DNA of 64,000 bases from Alienimonas californiensis (lineage in GTDB: Bacteria; Planctomycetota; Planctomycetia; Planctomycetales; Planctomycetaceae). This document shows positions 27,984 to 38,135 of this stretch, piece by piece. The stretch covers positions 4,149,059 through 4,213,058 of the forward strand of contig NZ_CP036265.1 of NCBI RefSeq assembly GCF_007743815.1. The letters are read 5' to 3'. The notes beneath the pieces were generated by a model that did no database searches, had not been told where the DNA came from, and saw nothing but the letters and a program-made list of their open reading frames with translations. Numbering within the stretch: position 1 is the first letter of the stretch; each line of letters starts with the position of its first letter. Made by a program: the position numbers and the translations under genes.

Positions 27984-30195
27984 CCCCGGCCCGATCGCGG
28001 GTAAACCAATACAGTAGGCCGCCCAGCGTCAACACGAGGCCGCCGACGACGAACGCCCCGACCAGCCGCAACCTTTCGCCCAAGCCTTCCATCAATCGCA
28101 GGGCATCGTCCCGAGGTTCCTGCACGACAACGACCCAGTCCGTCCCCCCGACCGGGGCGAACGCGGAGATCCACATCCCGGCGAAGGCCTGCCCGCCGTC
28201 GACCGCCGCCGTCGGATCGAGGTGCCGATCGGTGCGGAAGCTGCCGCGGCCGTCGGCGAGGGCGGCGTCGATGGCCTGCCGTTCCCCGTCCGGCAACTCG
28301 ACGACGATCCTGGTGTCGGGGCGTTTGGCGAGCCAGGGATGGTCCAGCAGGCGGCCCGACTGCCGTTCGTACAGGGCGATCACCCGGGTGTAGCGGACGG
28401 CGTCGTCGCCCGCCTGCCCCTCGTGGGTCACGGTGCGTTTCGTGGAGTCGTATTCGGACAGCAACGCGTCCAGGAGCGCCGTGCGGGCCAGCAGGGCAAC
28501 GATGTTGCCCTCGGCGTCGCGGATCGGGGTGGTGATGGCGAGCTTCCACTCCTCCGTGCTGGTCGAGCGGTACGACAGGGAGACGTGCGTGCGGTCGACC
28601 GGCGGGATCGAGCCGACCGGCGTGTCTGGGGGAAGGTGCTTGCCCTGCCCGTGGAAGTAGTCCCGCCAGACGAAGCTGTGGTCGACCACTTCGTCGTCGG
28701 GCGGGTTCCGCCACCGGGTCATGCCGGTCGCGTCCTGCAGGAACCAACTGAGGTCGGTGGCGCCGTCCGCGGTCGCGGCGGCCTGTTCCTCCTGTTCCTC
28801 GACCACCGCGGGCGTGACGAGCGAGAGGTAGGAGAACAGCGTCGACCGGGCCGCCCCCTCCTCCCACCCGGCGGCGGTCGCGTCGGCGATCAGGTCAGCG
28901 AGGCGGGGATCGGCGGCGATCTGTTCCAGTTCGACCCGCTGGCGATTCACCACCTGTTCGAGGCTGTGGGCGACGAGGCCGGCGGAGAGGGCGTTCGCCT
29001 CCATCGCCCGCTCCACGACCTGACCTCGCCCGGCCTCCAGGGTGCGGCCGACGAGCAGCGTGCCCACGACCAGCAGCGCCGCCGCGACCGCCGCCGGGCC
29101 GAGCAGTGCCCAGCGGGCCCGCGAGCGGCGGGCGGCGTCCTCGGAGCGTTGCCGCAGGGCGGTGCGGACCGCCTGGGCGTTCGGGTAGCGCTGGGTACAG
29201 TCGGGGTTCAGGCAACGATCGACGATCCGCACCAGGGCCGCGTCGATGCCGCGGACCTTCAGGTGCTCCGTGGGGCGGGGGGCGTCCTTCACCTCCTTGG
29301 CGTAGACGGCCAGCCGTTCGCCGGGGGAGCACCGCTTGAGGCGTTCGGACAGTTCGTCTGTCCGGTGCGGCGGGTGGCCGGTGAGCATCTCGTAGAGGAC
29401 GGCGCCAAGGGCGTACACGTCCCAGCGGGCGTCCGGGGCGGCGTCCGGGGCGACCTGCTCCGGGGGCATGTAGAACAGCGTGCCCAGCGGCCGGCCGCCG
29501 GTGCGGGACTCCGAGGCGGAATCGTCCGCGGTGCCGCCGCCGTCGCCCGCGCCCACGCCGCGGGCCTGCCCGAAGTCGCACAGCCGCGGCCCGCCGTCGC
29601 GGTCCAGCAGGACGTTCCCCGGCTTCAGATCGCAGTGCAGGATGCCGCTGCCGTGGGCGTGCACCAGCCCCGCGGCGATGCCCTCCGCCAGTTCCGCGGC
29701 CCGTGCCGGAGGAAGCGGCGCCGCGGTGTCGAGCAGATCCGCCAGCGAGCCGTCCGGCAGGTACTCCATCACGTAGTACGGCGGGTCCGCCTCCCAGCCG
29801 ACGCCCAGCAACTGGACGACGTGCCGACTGGCGTCCAGCGCTGCGAGCTTCTCCACTTCCCGGGTCAGCAGCGGCCAGTCGAGGGCCCGGACGTGGCGAA
29901 ACGTCTTCACCGCGACCTGTTTTCCGGTCGCCGATTCCGTCGCCAGCCAGACGGCCCCGAACCCCCCGCGGCCCAGCAGGTGCCGGAGGCGGTAGCCGGG
30001 CGGATCGGCCGGTTTCGGCTCCGCCCGGCGGGCGCCGGGGCGGCTAAGCTGCCGGGTGACCGCCACGTCCGCGGGGCTCGGGCGAACCGTTTCCGCCAGC
30101 GGATCGAAGCCGGAGTACCCCTCGCCGCCGCTGGCCGGTCGCGGCTCGGCGGGGGCGTTGCGGGCGTCCTGCGGCGGGGCGGGGGCGGTGGGCAT
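27979..30195 (-). CDS. Serine/threonine protein kinase with C-terminal transmembrane segment and large extracytoplasmic sensor-like domain
   Basis: Kinase subdomains GRGGFGAVWLA...VAVK, HCDLKPGNVLL, DFGQAR, PPE. TM segment ALLGPAAVAAALLVVGTLLV and a second C-terminal TM. ATG at 30195, downstream of a family-1 repeat remnant at 30347-30363. Confidence 0.85.
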   Translation of the reverse strand: MPTAPAPPQDARNAPAEPRPASGGEGYSGFDPLAETVRPSPADVAVTRQLSRPGARRAEPKPADPPGYRLRHLLGRGGFGAVWLATESATGKQVAVKTFRHVRALDWPLLTREVEKLAALDASRHVVQLLGVGWEADPPYYVMEYLPDGSLADLLDTAAPLPPARAAELAEGIAAGLVHAHGSGILHCDLKPGNVLLDRDGGPRLCDFGQARGVGAGDGGGTADDSASESRTGGRPLGTLFYMPPEQVAPDAAPDARWDVYALGAVLYEMLTGHPPHRTDELSERLKRCSPGERLAVYAKEVKDAPRPTEHLKVRGIDAALVRIVDRCLNPDCTQRYPNAQAVRTALRQRSEDAARRSRARWALLGPAAVAAALLVVGTLLVGRTLEAGRGQVVERAMEANALSAGLVAHSLEQVVNRQRVELEQIAADPRLADLIADATAAGWEEGAARSTLFSYLSLVTPAVVEEQEEQAAATADGATDLSWFLQDATGMTRWRNPPDDEVVDHSFVWRDYFHGQGKHLPPDTPVGSIPPVDRTHVSLSYRSTSTEEWKLAITTPIRDAEGNIVALLARTALLDALLSEYDSTKRTVTHEGQAGDDAVRYTRVIALYERQSGRLLDHPWLAKRPDTRIVVELPDGERQAIDAALADGRGSFRTDRHLDPTAAVDGGQAFAGMWISAFAPVGGTDWVVVVQEPRDDALRLMEGLGERLRLVGAFVVGGLVLTLGGLLYWFTRDRAGA

Positions 30196-30469
30196 GGGGC
30201 TGGGATGGTACCCGGGCGGGCGTTCGGAGCGCAGACCACATTCTCGGCGGTCGCGGGGATCGACAATGCGTGCACAGATTGCAACGTCGCTCGTCAGGTC
30301 GGGGCGGAGCAGCCGGCATGCCGGAACGGTAGGGTGCGGCGTGGCGGCGCCCCCCGCTCGCCTCGGTCTCCGCTCAAGTTGTCGTGAACCGGCGGGCCGC
30401 GTTCGTCGTTCGCCTCCGGGAGCTGACGACCCCGGCTCGACATTCCCCCGCACCGGAGGAGCCTTCGCG

Positions 30470-31069
30470 ATGTTCACCGTTTACACCGTCCTCGCCCTCG
30501 CCGGCGGCACGCTGCTGCTCTGCCAAGTCGTGGCCACGCTGCTGGGCCTCGGGGGAGATTTCGAGGCCGACTTCGACGCCGACACCCCGGACTTCGACAC
30601 GCCCGACCTGGACGTGCCGGACGCCGACGCCGGCGATCAGGGCGGCGACCACAGCGGGCACGGCAGCTTCGTGGGCGCGCTGTCGCTGCGGGCCCTCACC
30701 GCGGCGGCGACGTTCGCCGGACTGTTCGGGCTGATCGGCTCCGAACTGCGGTGGGCCGGATGGCTGACGGCGCTCGCGGCCCTGCTGGGCGGCGCCGCGG
30801 GGCTGGTCGCTGTCAGTTGGGTGATGCGGCAGCTCCACCGGCTCGGGGCCGACGGCACGGTGACCACCGAAGGCGTCGCCGGTTGCTACGGCACGGTTTA
30901 CGTCCGCGTGCCGGCCGACCGCTCCGGCGTCGGCAAGGTGCTGCTGGAGTACGCCGGCCGGACCGTGGAGATGGCCGCCGTCACCGACGGCCCGGAGCTG
31001 CCCAGCGGCACGAAGATCGTCGTCCGGGACCTCGCCGGACCGAACACCGCCGACGTCGCGGCGATTTGA
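30470..31069 (+). CDS. NfeD-like membrane protein (N-terminal TM helices plus C-terminal beta/OB-like domain)
   Basis: MFTVYTVLALAGGTLLLCQVVATLLGL. C-terminal GTVYVRV...GVGKVLLEYAGRTVEMAAVTDGPELPSGTKIVVRDL is typical of NfeD short homologues. Immediately upstream of a flotillin gene. Confidence 0.6.
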   Translation: MFTVYTVLALAGGTLLLCQVVATLLGLGGDFEADFDADTPDFDTPDLDVPDADAGDQGGDHSGHGSFVGALSLRALTAAATFAGLFGLIGSELRWAGWLTALAALLGGAAGLVAVSWVMRQLHRLGADGTVTTEGVAGCYGTVYVRVPADRSGVGKVLLEYAGRTVEMAAVTDGPELPSGTKIVVRDLAGPNTADVAAI

Positions 31070-31148
31070 GACCTAGTTTTGATTCCCCCTCGACTCAGGG
31101 ACTCTCGCCCCCCTCGCCGTTCGCCCCCTCCGCTCAGGACTTTACGCC

Positions 31149-32852
31149 ATGTTTCTCCCGCCGCTCGCCCAGTTTGAGGGCGAATCGAACGCGATGCTGT
31201 ACGTCGGCTTCGCGGTCGTCGCCGCCGCCCTCGTCGCCTTCACCCTGCTGATGTTGGTGGTGAAGCGCTATAAACGCTGCCCGTCGAACCGCGTGCTGGT
31301 GATCTACGGCAAGACCGGCGGCGCCGCCGAAGAGGGCCAGGGGCAGGCCGTGAAGTGTCTGCACGGCGGGGCGAGCTTCGTCTGGCCGCTGATTCAGGAC
31401 CACGACTACCTCTCGCTGGACCCGATCCAGATCGAGATCCCCCTCCGCGGGGCGCTCTCGATGGAAAACATCCGGGTCAACGTGCCCAGCGTGTTCACGG
31501 TGGCCGTCGGCACGACGCCGGAACTGATGACCAACGCCGCCATCCGCCTGCTGGGGCTCGGCACCGAGGAGATCAAATCGCAGGCCCAGGAGATCATCTT
31601 CGGCCAACTCCGGCAGGTGATCGCTTCGATGCGAATCGAGGACATCAACCGCGACCGGGACACGTTCCTCTCCCACGTGCAGAACAGCGTGGAGCCGGAG
31701 CTGCGCAAGATCGGCCTGGTGCTAATTAACGTCAATATCACGGACATTCAGGACGAGTCCGGCTACATCGACGCCATCGGCAAGAAGGCCGCCTCGCAGG
31801 CGGTGCAGACGGCCCGCGGCGACGTGGCGGATCAGGAGAAGCTCGGCGAGGTCCGCGTCGCCGAGGCCCAGCGGGAGCGGGAGATCGCCGTCGCCGTGGC
31901 GAACAAAGAGCGGGAACTGGGCACCCGCGGGGCCTCCCGCGACCAGGCGATCGGCGTGGCGGACTACGAGCGCGATCAGGCCGTCGGCGAACAGCGGGCC
32001 CAGTTCGAACGCGACGTGCAGGTCAAGGAAGCGGAGCGCGAGAAGCGGATCAAGAACGCCCAGGCCGACGCCGCAGCCGTCGCGGGCGAGAACGAAGCCG
32101 CCGCCCTCGTCGCCGCCTCCCGTGCCACACTGGGCGTGAAGAACGCCGAGGCGTACCAGCTCGCCGAGACCCGCAAGCGAGAGGCCGAGGCCGCCGTGCA
32201 GGAGGCCGCCTTCCGGGCGATGACGAAGGCCGCCCTCGCCGAGGCGGAGAAGGTCGAAGCGGAGCAGCGGGCCGAGCTGGAGGCCCACGCCAAGGCCCAG
32301 AAGGCGAAGCGGATTGTCGACGCCGAGGCCGCCGGCGAGCAGCGCCGCATCGAAGCCGACGCCGAGGCCCACGCGATCTTCGCCAAGTTCGAGGCCGAGG
32401 CCCGCGGTCAGTACGAGATCATGGCCAAGAAGGCCGAGGGTCTGGAGCGGATCGTGGCGGCCTGCGGCGGCAGCGACAAGGCCTTCCAGATGTTGATGCT
32501 CGAACACCTGGACGCCCTCACGGAGGCGTCCGCGAAGGCGATTTCGAACATCAAGTTCGACAAGGTGGTCGTCTGGGAGGGCGGCGGGAAGAACGGCCAG
32601 AGCAGCACCGCCGGTTTCCTGCAGAACATGGCCCGCACGCTGCCGCCGATGATGGAGGTGATGCGCGACGTCGCCGGCATCGAACTGCCGGAGACGCTCG
32701 TGAAGCTGGCCGAGGACCGCGACGAAGCGGCGCAGAAGGGCGCCGACAAAGCAACCCAGCGAGCGACCGCCGGCCCGCCGCCGCCGTCGAAGAACGGCCC
32801 GGCGAAGGCGGAGCCGACTCCTCAGCCGCAGTCGAAGCACGGCGACGGTTAG
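31149..32852 (+). CDS. Flotillin / SPFH (band 7) family protein with long Ala/Glu-rich coiled coil (YqiK-like)
   Basis: N-terminal TM, SPFH region VIYGKTGG...VKCLHGGASFVWPLIQDHDYLSLDPIQIEIPLRGALSMENIRVNV, then an extended EA-rich flotillin coiled coil. Alternative start at about 31194 (MLYVGF). Confidence 0.85.
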   Translation: MFLPPLAQFEGESNAMLYVGFAVVAAALVAFTLLMLVVKRYKRCPSNRVLVIYGKTGGAAEEGQGQAVKCLHGGASFVWPLIQDHDYLSLDPIQIEIPLRGALSMENIRVNVPSVFTVAVGTTPELMTNAAIRLLGLGTEEIKSQAQEIIFGQLRQVIASMRIEDINRDRDTFLSHVQNSVEPELRKIGLVLINVNITDIQDESGYIDAIGKKAASQAVQTARGDVADQEKLGEVRVAEAQREREIAVAVANKERELGTRGASRDQAIGVADYERDQAVGEQRAQFERDVQVKEAEREKRIKNAQADAAAVAGENEAAALVAASRATLGVKNAEAYQLAETRKREAEAAVQEAAFRAMTKAALAEAEKVEAEQRAELEAHAKAQKAKRIVDAEAAGEQRRIEADAEAHAIFAKFEAEARGQYEIMAKKAEGLERIVAACGGSDKAFQMLMLEHLDALTEASAKAISNIKFDKVVVWEGGGKNGQSSTAGFLQNMARTLPPMMEVMRDVAGIELPETLVKLAEDRDEAAQKGADKATQRATAGPPPPSKNGPAKAEPTPQPQSKHGDG

Positions 32853-32906
32853 CGCCGCCCGGGGCAGGCGGTCTGCACGGGACACAACCCGTGCAGAGCC
32901 CCCGCC

Positions 32907-33629
32907 ATGCGCATGCCGGCCGTCCGCGGCGTGATCGATCGCCGCATCCTGGTGAACTACCGCGTCGACCCGGCGGTCGCCGCGGCGGCGCTGCCGGCGC
33001 CGTTTCGGCCGCAGTTGGTGAACGGGGCGGCGATGGCGGGCATCTGTCTGATCCGGCTGAAGCAAATCCGGCCGGCGTTCCTGCCGCTGCCGGTCGGGAT
33101 CGGGTCGGAGAACGCCGCCCACCGCGTCGCCGTCGAGTGGGACGCCGACGGCGAGCGCCGCACCGGCGTGTTCATCCCCCGCCGCGACACCAGTTCCCGG
33201 CTGAACGCCCTCGTCGGCGGGCGTGTGTTTCCGGGCGTTCATCACCATGCCCGGTTCGAGGTGCACGAGTCGGGCGACCGTCTCTCCGTCGCCTTCCGGA
33301 GCGACGACGGCGCCGCCTCGATCGCCGTGACGGTCCGCCCGGGGAAGGAGCTGCCGGCGGACTCCGCGTTCGCCTCGGCGGCGGAGGCGTCCGCGTTCTT
33401 CGAGGCCGGTTCGCTGGGCTACTCCGCGACGGCCGAGCCGACGCGGTTCGACGGGCTGGAACTGTGCTGCGACGGCTGGGCGGTGGAGCCGCTGGCGGTG
33501 GAGAGCGTTCGAAGCGCCTACTTCGAGGACGAAACCCGCTTTCCGCCCGGCTCGGTGGCGTTCGACCACGCCCTGCTGATGCGGGGCGTGCCGCACAGTT
33601 GGCACGGTCGCGCGGACGTCCGCGGATAG
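32907..33629 (+). CDS. DUF2071 family protein
   Basis: N-terminal MRMPAVRGVIDRRILVNYRVDPAVAAAALPAPFRP matches the characteristic DUF2071 start (M.MP...G.I.RRILVNYRVDP). Confidence 0.6.
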   Translation: MRMPAVRGVIDRRILVNYRVDPAVAAAALPAPFRPQLVNGAAMAGICLIRLKQIRPAFLPLPVGIGSENAAHRVAVEWDADGERRTGVFIPRRDTSSRLNALVGGRVFPGVHHHARFEVHESGDRLSVAFRSDDGAASIAVTVRPGKELPADSAFASAAEASAFFEAGSLGYSATAEPTRFDGLELCCDGWAVEPLAVESVRSAYFEDETRFPPGSVAFDHALLMRGVPHSWHGRADVRG

Positions 33630-33659
33630 CGGGAGCCGGGCGAGCCGATCGCCGCCCCG

Positions 33660-34739
33660 TCAGTCGACGCCGAGGGACTTCAGGCGGTCGGTCGCCTGCC
33701 TACGCGCCTTCTTCATGACGTCCTCCAGGGCGACGGACGCGCCGCCTTGGCGTTTGCTCTCGTCCGCAGCTTCCATGAAAGCGTAAATCTCGAGGGTCTC
33801 CTCCTCGGAGACGGGGGGCTGTTCGGTGCGGAAAAAGCGGACGATCTCCACCAGCAGCGGGCGGTAGCCGCCGTACTCGCCGATCGCCGCATTGCCGGTC
33901 GTGCCGAACGCCTGTCCGCCGTAGCCCCGCTTTCCTTCCCGAATGCCGCGGAACGTCCCGATTCGGCCGCCGTCCCACACGCCGACAACGACGTCGCACT
34001 CGGGCGTGTGGGTGCGGGAGACCGACTCGCAACCGGTTCCCATGACGGTGAACAACGTTTCCACGCCGTGGATGCCGTACCAGTACAGGTCCGGGTGGGT
34101 GGGCTCCAAGGCCGCCGGGCTGTACGCGTCGCAGCCGAGGATCTCGCCGATCTTGCCGTGACGGAGCGCCTGGGCGCCCTCCGCGTAGCGTAGCGAGGAG
34201 GCGGAAAAGATCGGGACCTCATACTTCTCCGCCGCGGCGAAGATCGCCACGGCGTCGGTCAGCGAGCCGGCGATCGGCTTGTCCACGAAGACGGGTTTGC
34301 CCGCACGCAGCGCCGGGAGGATTTGTTCGAGGTGCGGTCGGCCGTCGTTCGATTCCAGCAGGATCACGTCGACCTTCGCCACCAGGGCGTCGATCGAGTC
34401 CACGATTTCCACGCCCATTTCACGGACCTGCTCCGTGTATCCCGGGACCCGCATGACGCTGGACTCGATGTCCGGACTGCCTTGCGGATACGCCGCGACC
34501 ACGCGGCAGCCGGCCAACTCTGGGGACGGATCCTCCGCGTTCAGCAGTTTCGTGAAGGCCGTCACGTGGGACGTATCCAAGCCGATGATTCCGACCCGCA
34601 GTTCGGTCCGGTGCGTGGAGGGCTGATCCGCAGCCGCTGCGTCCGGCGCCGGAGGGTCGGGCAGATTCGCCCGAAGCGGACTCGTCCCTCCGGCGGAGCA
34701 GATGAACGCCAGGATGAGCGGCAGCGAAACGTGGCGCAT
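33660..34739 (-). CDS. Gfo/Idh/MocA family oxidoreductase with signal peptide
   Basis: MRHVSLPLILAFICSAGG signal peptide; LRVGIIGLDTSHVTAF Rossmann start; VFVDKP motif. ATG mapped at 34739-34737. The upstream 95 aa of the track ORF are rejected. Confidence 0.8.
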   Translation of the reverse strand: MRHVSLPLILAFICSAGGTSPLRANLPDPPAPDAAAADQPSTHRTELRVGIIGLDTSHVTAFTKLLNAEDPSPELAGCRVVAAYPQGSPDIESSVMRVPGYTEQVREMGVEIVDSIDALVAKVDVILLESNDGRPHLEQILPALRAGKPVFVDKPIAGSLTDAVAIFAAAEKYEVPIFSASSLRYAEGAQALRHGKIGEILGCDAYSPAALEPTHPDLYWYGIHGVETLFTVMGTGCESVSRTHTPECDVVVGVWDGGRIGTFRGIREGKRGYGGQAFGTTGNAAIGEYGGYRPLLVEIVRFFRTEQPPVSEEETLEIYAFMEAADESKRQGGASVALEDVMKKARRQATDRLKSLGVD

Positions 34740-35107
34740 GGAACTGGAGAGCTTGAGGAGGGGAGGGCGCGAGTCTGACGGCGCCGCCGCCAAGGTCAAG
34801 AACTGCCGCGTCGATGGGTTCAGCCGACGCGGCGGACCGGCCTGGAACCCGGTGACGCCCACCGGCGTTCCCCCACCGGCGTTCCCCCAGCGACGCACCG
34901 AGCCGGGGGGCGCCGCAAACCGCCTAGCGGTCGGCTCCTTCCGGGCGGCGGTTCGTCCTGTCGGCAGGGCGACTCGCGCGATGCGGGCGGTCGTGAGAAT
35001 GATGACACGGGTTTCGCGTCGCAAGCCGTTGTCGCCGTTGAGGTTTGCGGCCCCGGCGGTAGAATGAGGAACTGAGTCGCTTCACCTCTTCTATCCGAGC
35101 CGTCGCA

Positions 35108-37963
35108 TTGGCTGACGAGACCCCCGAGAGTTCACAGGACGCCCTGACCGGGGACGAGATCGTCGAGCCGCGTCCCGACCCCGCCGCCGGCGGGAACGTC
35201 GGCAAGGTGCGGCCCCTGGACATCCAGGACGAGATGCGGACCAGCTATCTGACGTACGCCATGAGCGTGATCGTCAGTCGGGCGCTGCCGGACGTGCGGG
35301 ACGGGCTCAAGCCCTCCCAGCGCCGGATTCTCGTGGCGATGCGGGACCTGAACCTCAGCCCCGGCGGCAGCACGACCAAGTGCGCCGGCATCGTCGGGGA
35401 GACCATGAAGCGGTATCACCCGCACGGCGACGGGGCGATCTATCCCACGCTGGCCCGCATGGCCCAGCCGTGGGTCATGCGGGGCGAGCTGATCGCCAAA
35501 CAGGGCAACTTCGGCTCCCTCGCCGGCCTGCCGCCGGCCCAGATGCGGTACACCGAGGCGAAGCTCGCCCCGCTGGCCACGGAGATGCTGCGGGACCTCG
35601 ATAAGGACACCGTCGATTTCGCCGACAACTACGACGGCAAGTACGAGGAACCGACGGTTCTGCCAAGCCGGTATCCGAACCTGCTGGTCAACGGCAGCAC
35701 GGGCATTGCCGTCGGCATGGCGACCAGTATCCCCCCGCACAACCTCGGCGAGGTCTGCCGGGCCGTGGCGGCGCTGATCGACGATCCGGACCTAGCCGCC
35801 GAGGCGCTGATGGAATACGTCCCCGGCCCGGACTTCCCCACCGGCGGGGTGATCTGCGGCCGCATGGGCATCCTGCAGGGCTACAAGACCGGCCGCAGCA
35901 CCCTCACCCTGCGGGCCCGTACGAAGTTCGAAACGAAGGGGCGGCAGGAGACGATCGTCGTCACCGAGATTCCCTACATGGAGACCCGCGACCGCATCCG
36001 CGAGAAGCTGGAGCAGGTCGCCAAAGAGGGCCGCGTCGAGGGCATCAGCCGCGTCACGGACTACACCGACCGCAAAACGCCGCCGTGGCGGGCCGAGATT
36101 CACATCGACCTGAAGCGGGACGCGGACCGCGACGTCGTCCTCAATCAGCTGTTCAAGTACAGCCCGCTGCAAACCACGGTCTCCGTGATCCTGCTGGCCC
36201 TCGTCGGCCAGCGGCCGCGGACGCTGGGCCTGCGGGAGATCCTGCTGGAGTTCGTCCGGCACCGGGTCGACGTGACCCGCCGGCGGACGGAGTACCAGCT
36301 CGCCGCCGATAAGGCCCGCAAGCACACCGTCGAGGGCCTGCTGGTCGCCCAGGTGGACATCGACGAGATCATCCGCACCATCCGGGCCTCGCCCAGCCGG
36401 GAGGAAGCCCGCAACCGCCTCCAGGAGATCCAGGTCGCCAGCGAACTGATCGAACGGGCGCTGGGCGACGGGTTCGACCTGTTCCAGGAGGAGAAGGGCG
36501 TCGCGGAAACGTATTCGCTGTCCCGCAAGCAGGCGGACGCGATCGTCTCCATGCAGCTCGGCAGCCTGGCGAACCTCGAACGGGAGCAGCTCGGCGGGGA
36601 ATACGCGGAGCTGATTCAGAACATCCGCGAGTACCTCCGCCTGCTCTCCGACGAGGCCAATCTGCGGGCCGTCGTGCGGGCGGACATGGTCGAACTCGCC
36701 GAGAAATTCGGCGACGAACGCCGCACGGAGATCGACCCGAACGAATTGGGCAACGTCGACATCGGCGATCTGATCGCCGAGGAGCCGATGGTCGTGACCA
36801 TCTCCGCCCGCGGCTACGTGAAGCGGACCCCGCTCTCCGTCTATCAGGCCCAGAACCGCGGCGGGAAGGGGATCAAGGGGGCCAAGACCGACGAGGAGGA
36901 CCCTGTCGAGCACCTGTTCGTCTCCAGCACCCACGACTGGCTGCTGTTCTTCACCGACAAGGGCAAGGTCTACTGGCGGAAGGTCTACGACCTGCCGTTC
37001 GGCTCGCGGATCGCCAAGGGCCGGGCGCTGGTCAACCTGCTCCAGCTGTCCGACGCCGGGGAACAGGTCGCCAACTGCCTCGCCGTGGGCCAGTTCCCGG
37101 ACGATCAGTACCTCATCATGGCGACCCGCAACGGGACAGTGAAAAAGACCGCCCTGAGTGCCTACGGCCGCCCGCTGCGGGGCGGGATCATCGCCATCAA
37201 CCTCGACGAGGGCGACGAGCTGATCGACGTCCGCATCGTCGGCGGGAAGGGGGCGACCGCGGACGACGTGGTCCTCGCTACCAAGACCGGCATGAGCATT
37301 CGGTTCTCCCACGAGGACGCCCGCCCGATGGGCCGGGCCACCCGCGGCGTGCGGGGCATCAACCTGTCGAAGGACGACGAGGTCGTCGGGCTGGTCGTCG
37401 CCGAACCGGACCTGCGATTGCTGACGCTCTCCGAGAAGGGCCTCGGCAAACGCACGCCCTTCGGCCTGGGCGAGCTGCCGGACGCGGACGACGTGGACGA
37501 ACCGGACGCCGACGACGTGACCGCCGAAGCCGTGGACGACGCCGAGGACGCCCCCGCCACCAGCGGCAACGCCCGCTACCGTCGCCAGAAGCGGGGCGGC
37601 AAGGGGCTGCGAGACCTGCGGGTAACGGAGAAGACCGGCCCGGTGATGGCCGTCGCCGCCGTCGCCGACGACGACGAGGTGCTGATGATGACCTCCGCCG
37701 GAAAGATCCAACGCATCCGGGCCCGCGACATTCGCGAAACCGGCCGCAACGCCCAGGGCGTGCGGTGCATCCGGCTGGACGCCGGCGACACCCTCGCCTC
37801 CGTCGCCCGCATCCCGGCGGACCTGGTCGAGCCGGAACTGGCCGACGCCGAGGCCGCCGCCGAGGAGGGCGGCGTGGTCGAGCCGGCTCTGGAGCAACCC
37901 GTCGGCGAGCCGATCCCGGTGCCGCCCGAGTTCCCCACGGACGACGGTAAGCCGGGGGCGTGA
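35108..37963 (+). CDS. gyrA: DNA gyrase subunit A
   Basis: [42 protein letters not shown] and the repeated C-terminal beta-pinwheel blades; active-site Tyr region present. TTG start at 35108. Confidence 0.95.
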   Translation: MADETPESSQDALTGDEIVEPRPDPAAGGNVGKVRPLDIQDEMRTSYLTYAMSVIVSRALPDVRDGLKPSQRRILVAMRDLNLSPGGSTTKCAGIVGETMKRYHPHGDGAIYPTLARMAQPWVMRGELIAKQGNFGSLAGLPPAQMRYTEAKLAPLATEMLRDLDKDTVDFADNYDGKYEEPTVLPSRYPNLLVNGSTGIAVGMATSIPPHNLGEVCRAVAALIDDPDLAAEALMEYVPGPDFPTGGVICGRMGILQGYKTGRSTLTLRARTKFETKGRQETIVVTEIPYMETRDRIREKLEQVAKEGRVEGISRVTDYTDRKTPPWRAEIHIDLKRDADRDVVLNQLFKYSPLQTTVSVILLALVGQRPRTLGLREILLEFVRHRVDVTRRRTEYQLAADKARKHTVEGLLVAQVDIDEIIRTIRASPSREEARNRLQEIQVASELIERALGDGFDLFQEEKGVAETYSLSRKQADAIVSMQLGSLANLEREQLGGEYAELIQNIREYLRLLSDEANLRAVVRADMVELAEKFGDERRTEIDPNELGNVDIGDLIAEEPMVVTISARGYVKRTPLSVYQAQNRGGKGIKGAKTDEEDPVEHLFVSSTHDWLLFFTDKGKVYWRKVYDLPFGSRIAKGRALVNLLQLSDAGEQVANCLAVGQFPDDQYLIMATRNGTVKKTALSAYGRPLRGGIIAINLDEGDELIDVRIVGGKGATADDVVLATKTGMSIRFSHEDARPMGRATRGVRGINLSKDDEVVGLVVAEPDLRLLTLSEKGLGKRTPFGLGELPDADDVDEPDADDVTAEAVDDAEDAPATSGNARYRRQKRGGKGLRDLRVTEKTGPVMAVAAVADDDEVLMMTSAGKIQRIRARDIRETGRNAQGVRCIRLDAGDTLASVARIPADLVEPELADAEAAAEEGGVVEPALEQPVGEPIPVPPEFPTDDGKPGA

Positions 37964-38020
37964 GCCCCCGTAGCGAACGATGCCGGGGTGTCGCCCTCAG
38001 GGGATGACGCCGCCGTGCTC
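37951..38020. repeat. Family-1 degenerate inverted pair overlapping the gyrA stop (GCCGGGGGCGTGAGCCCCCGTAGCGAACG ... CCCTCAGGGGATGACGCCGCCGTGCTC)
   Basis: The gyrA C-terminal residues ...KPGA* are encoded by the left arm. Confidence 0.6.
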
Positions 38021-38135
38021 TCCTCGCGTCGTCTGCGCCCGTTGAAGGCCTGATTGCACTTCCCTGCCGCCCCGGCGAGAGTGCCCCCGCAAACCGAATT
38101 CCTCTGACCGCCGCGGCTCCGCGGCTTGATGCGCC

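Noticed and set aside
26079-30387. ORFs 26079..27758(-), 26574..28004(+), 27341..28393(+), 28222..30387(+), and the N-terminal ~295 aa of 26135..28867(-)
   Set aside because: Spurious frames across the cyclase and kinase genes. The true cyclase start is the GTG at 27983 coupled to the kinase stop, so the upstream Arg-rich 295 aa of the track ORF are not coding.
31722-33605. ORF 31722..33605(-) (627 aa)
   Set aside because: Antisense to flotillin and the DUF2071 gene; low-complexity product.
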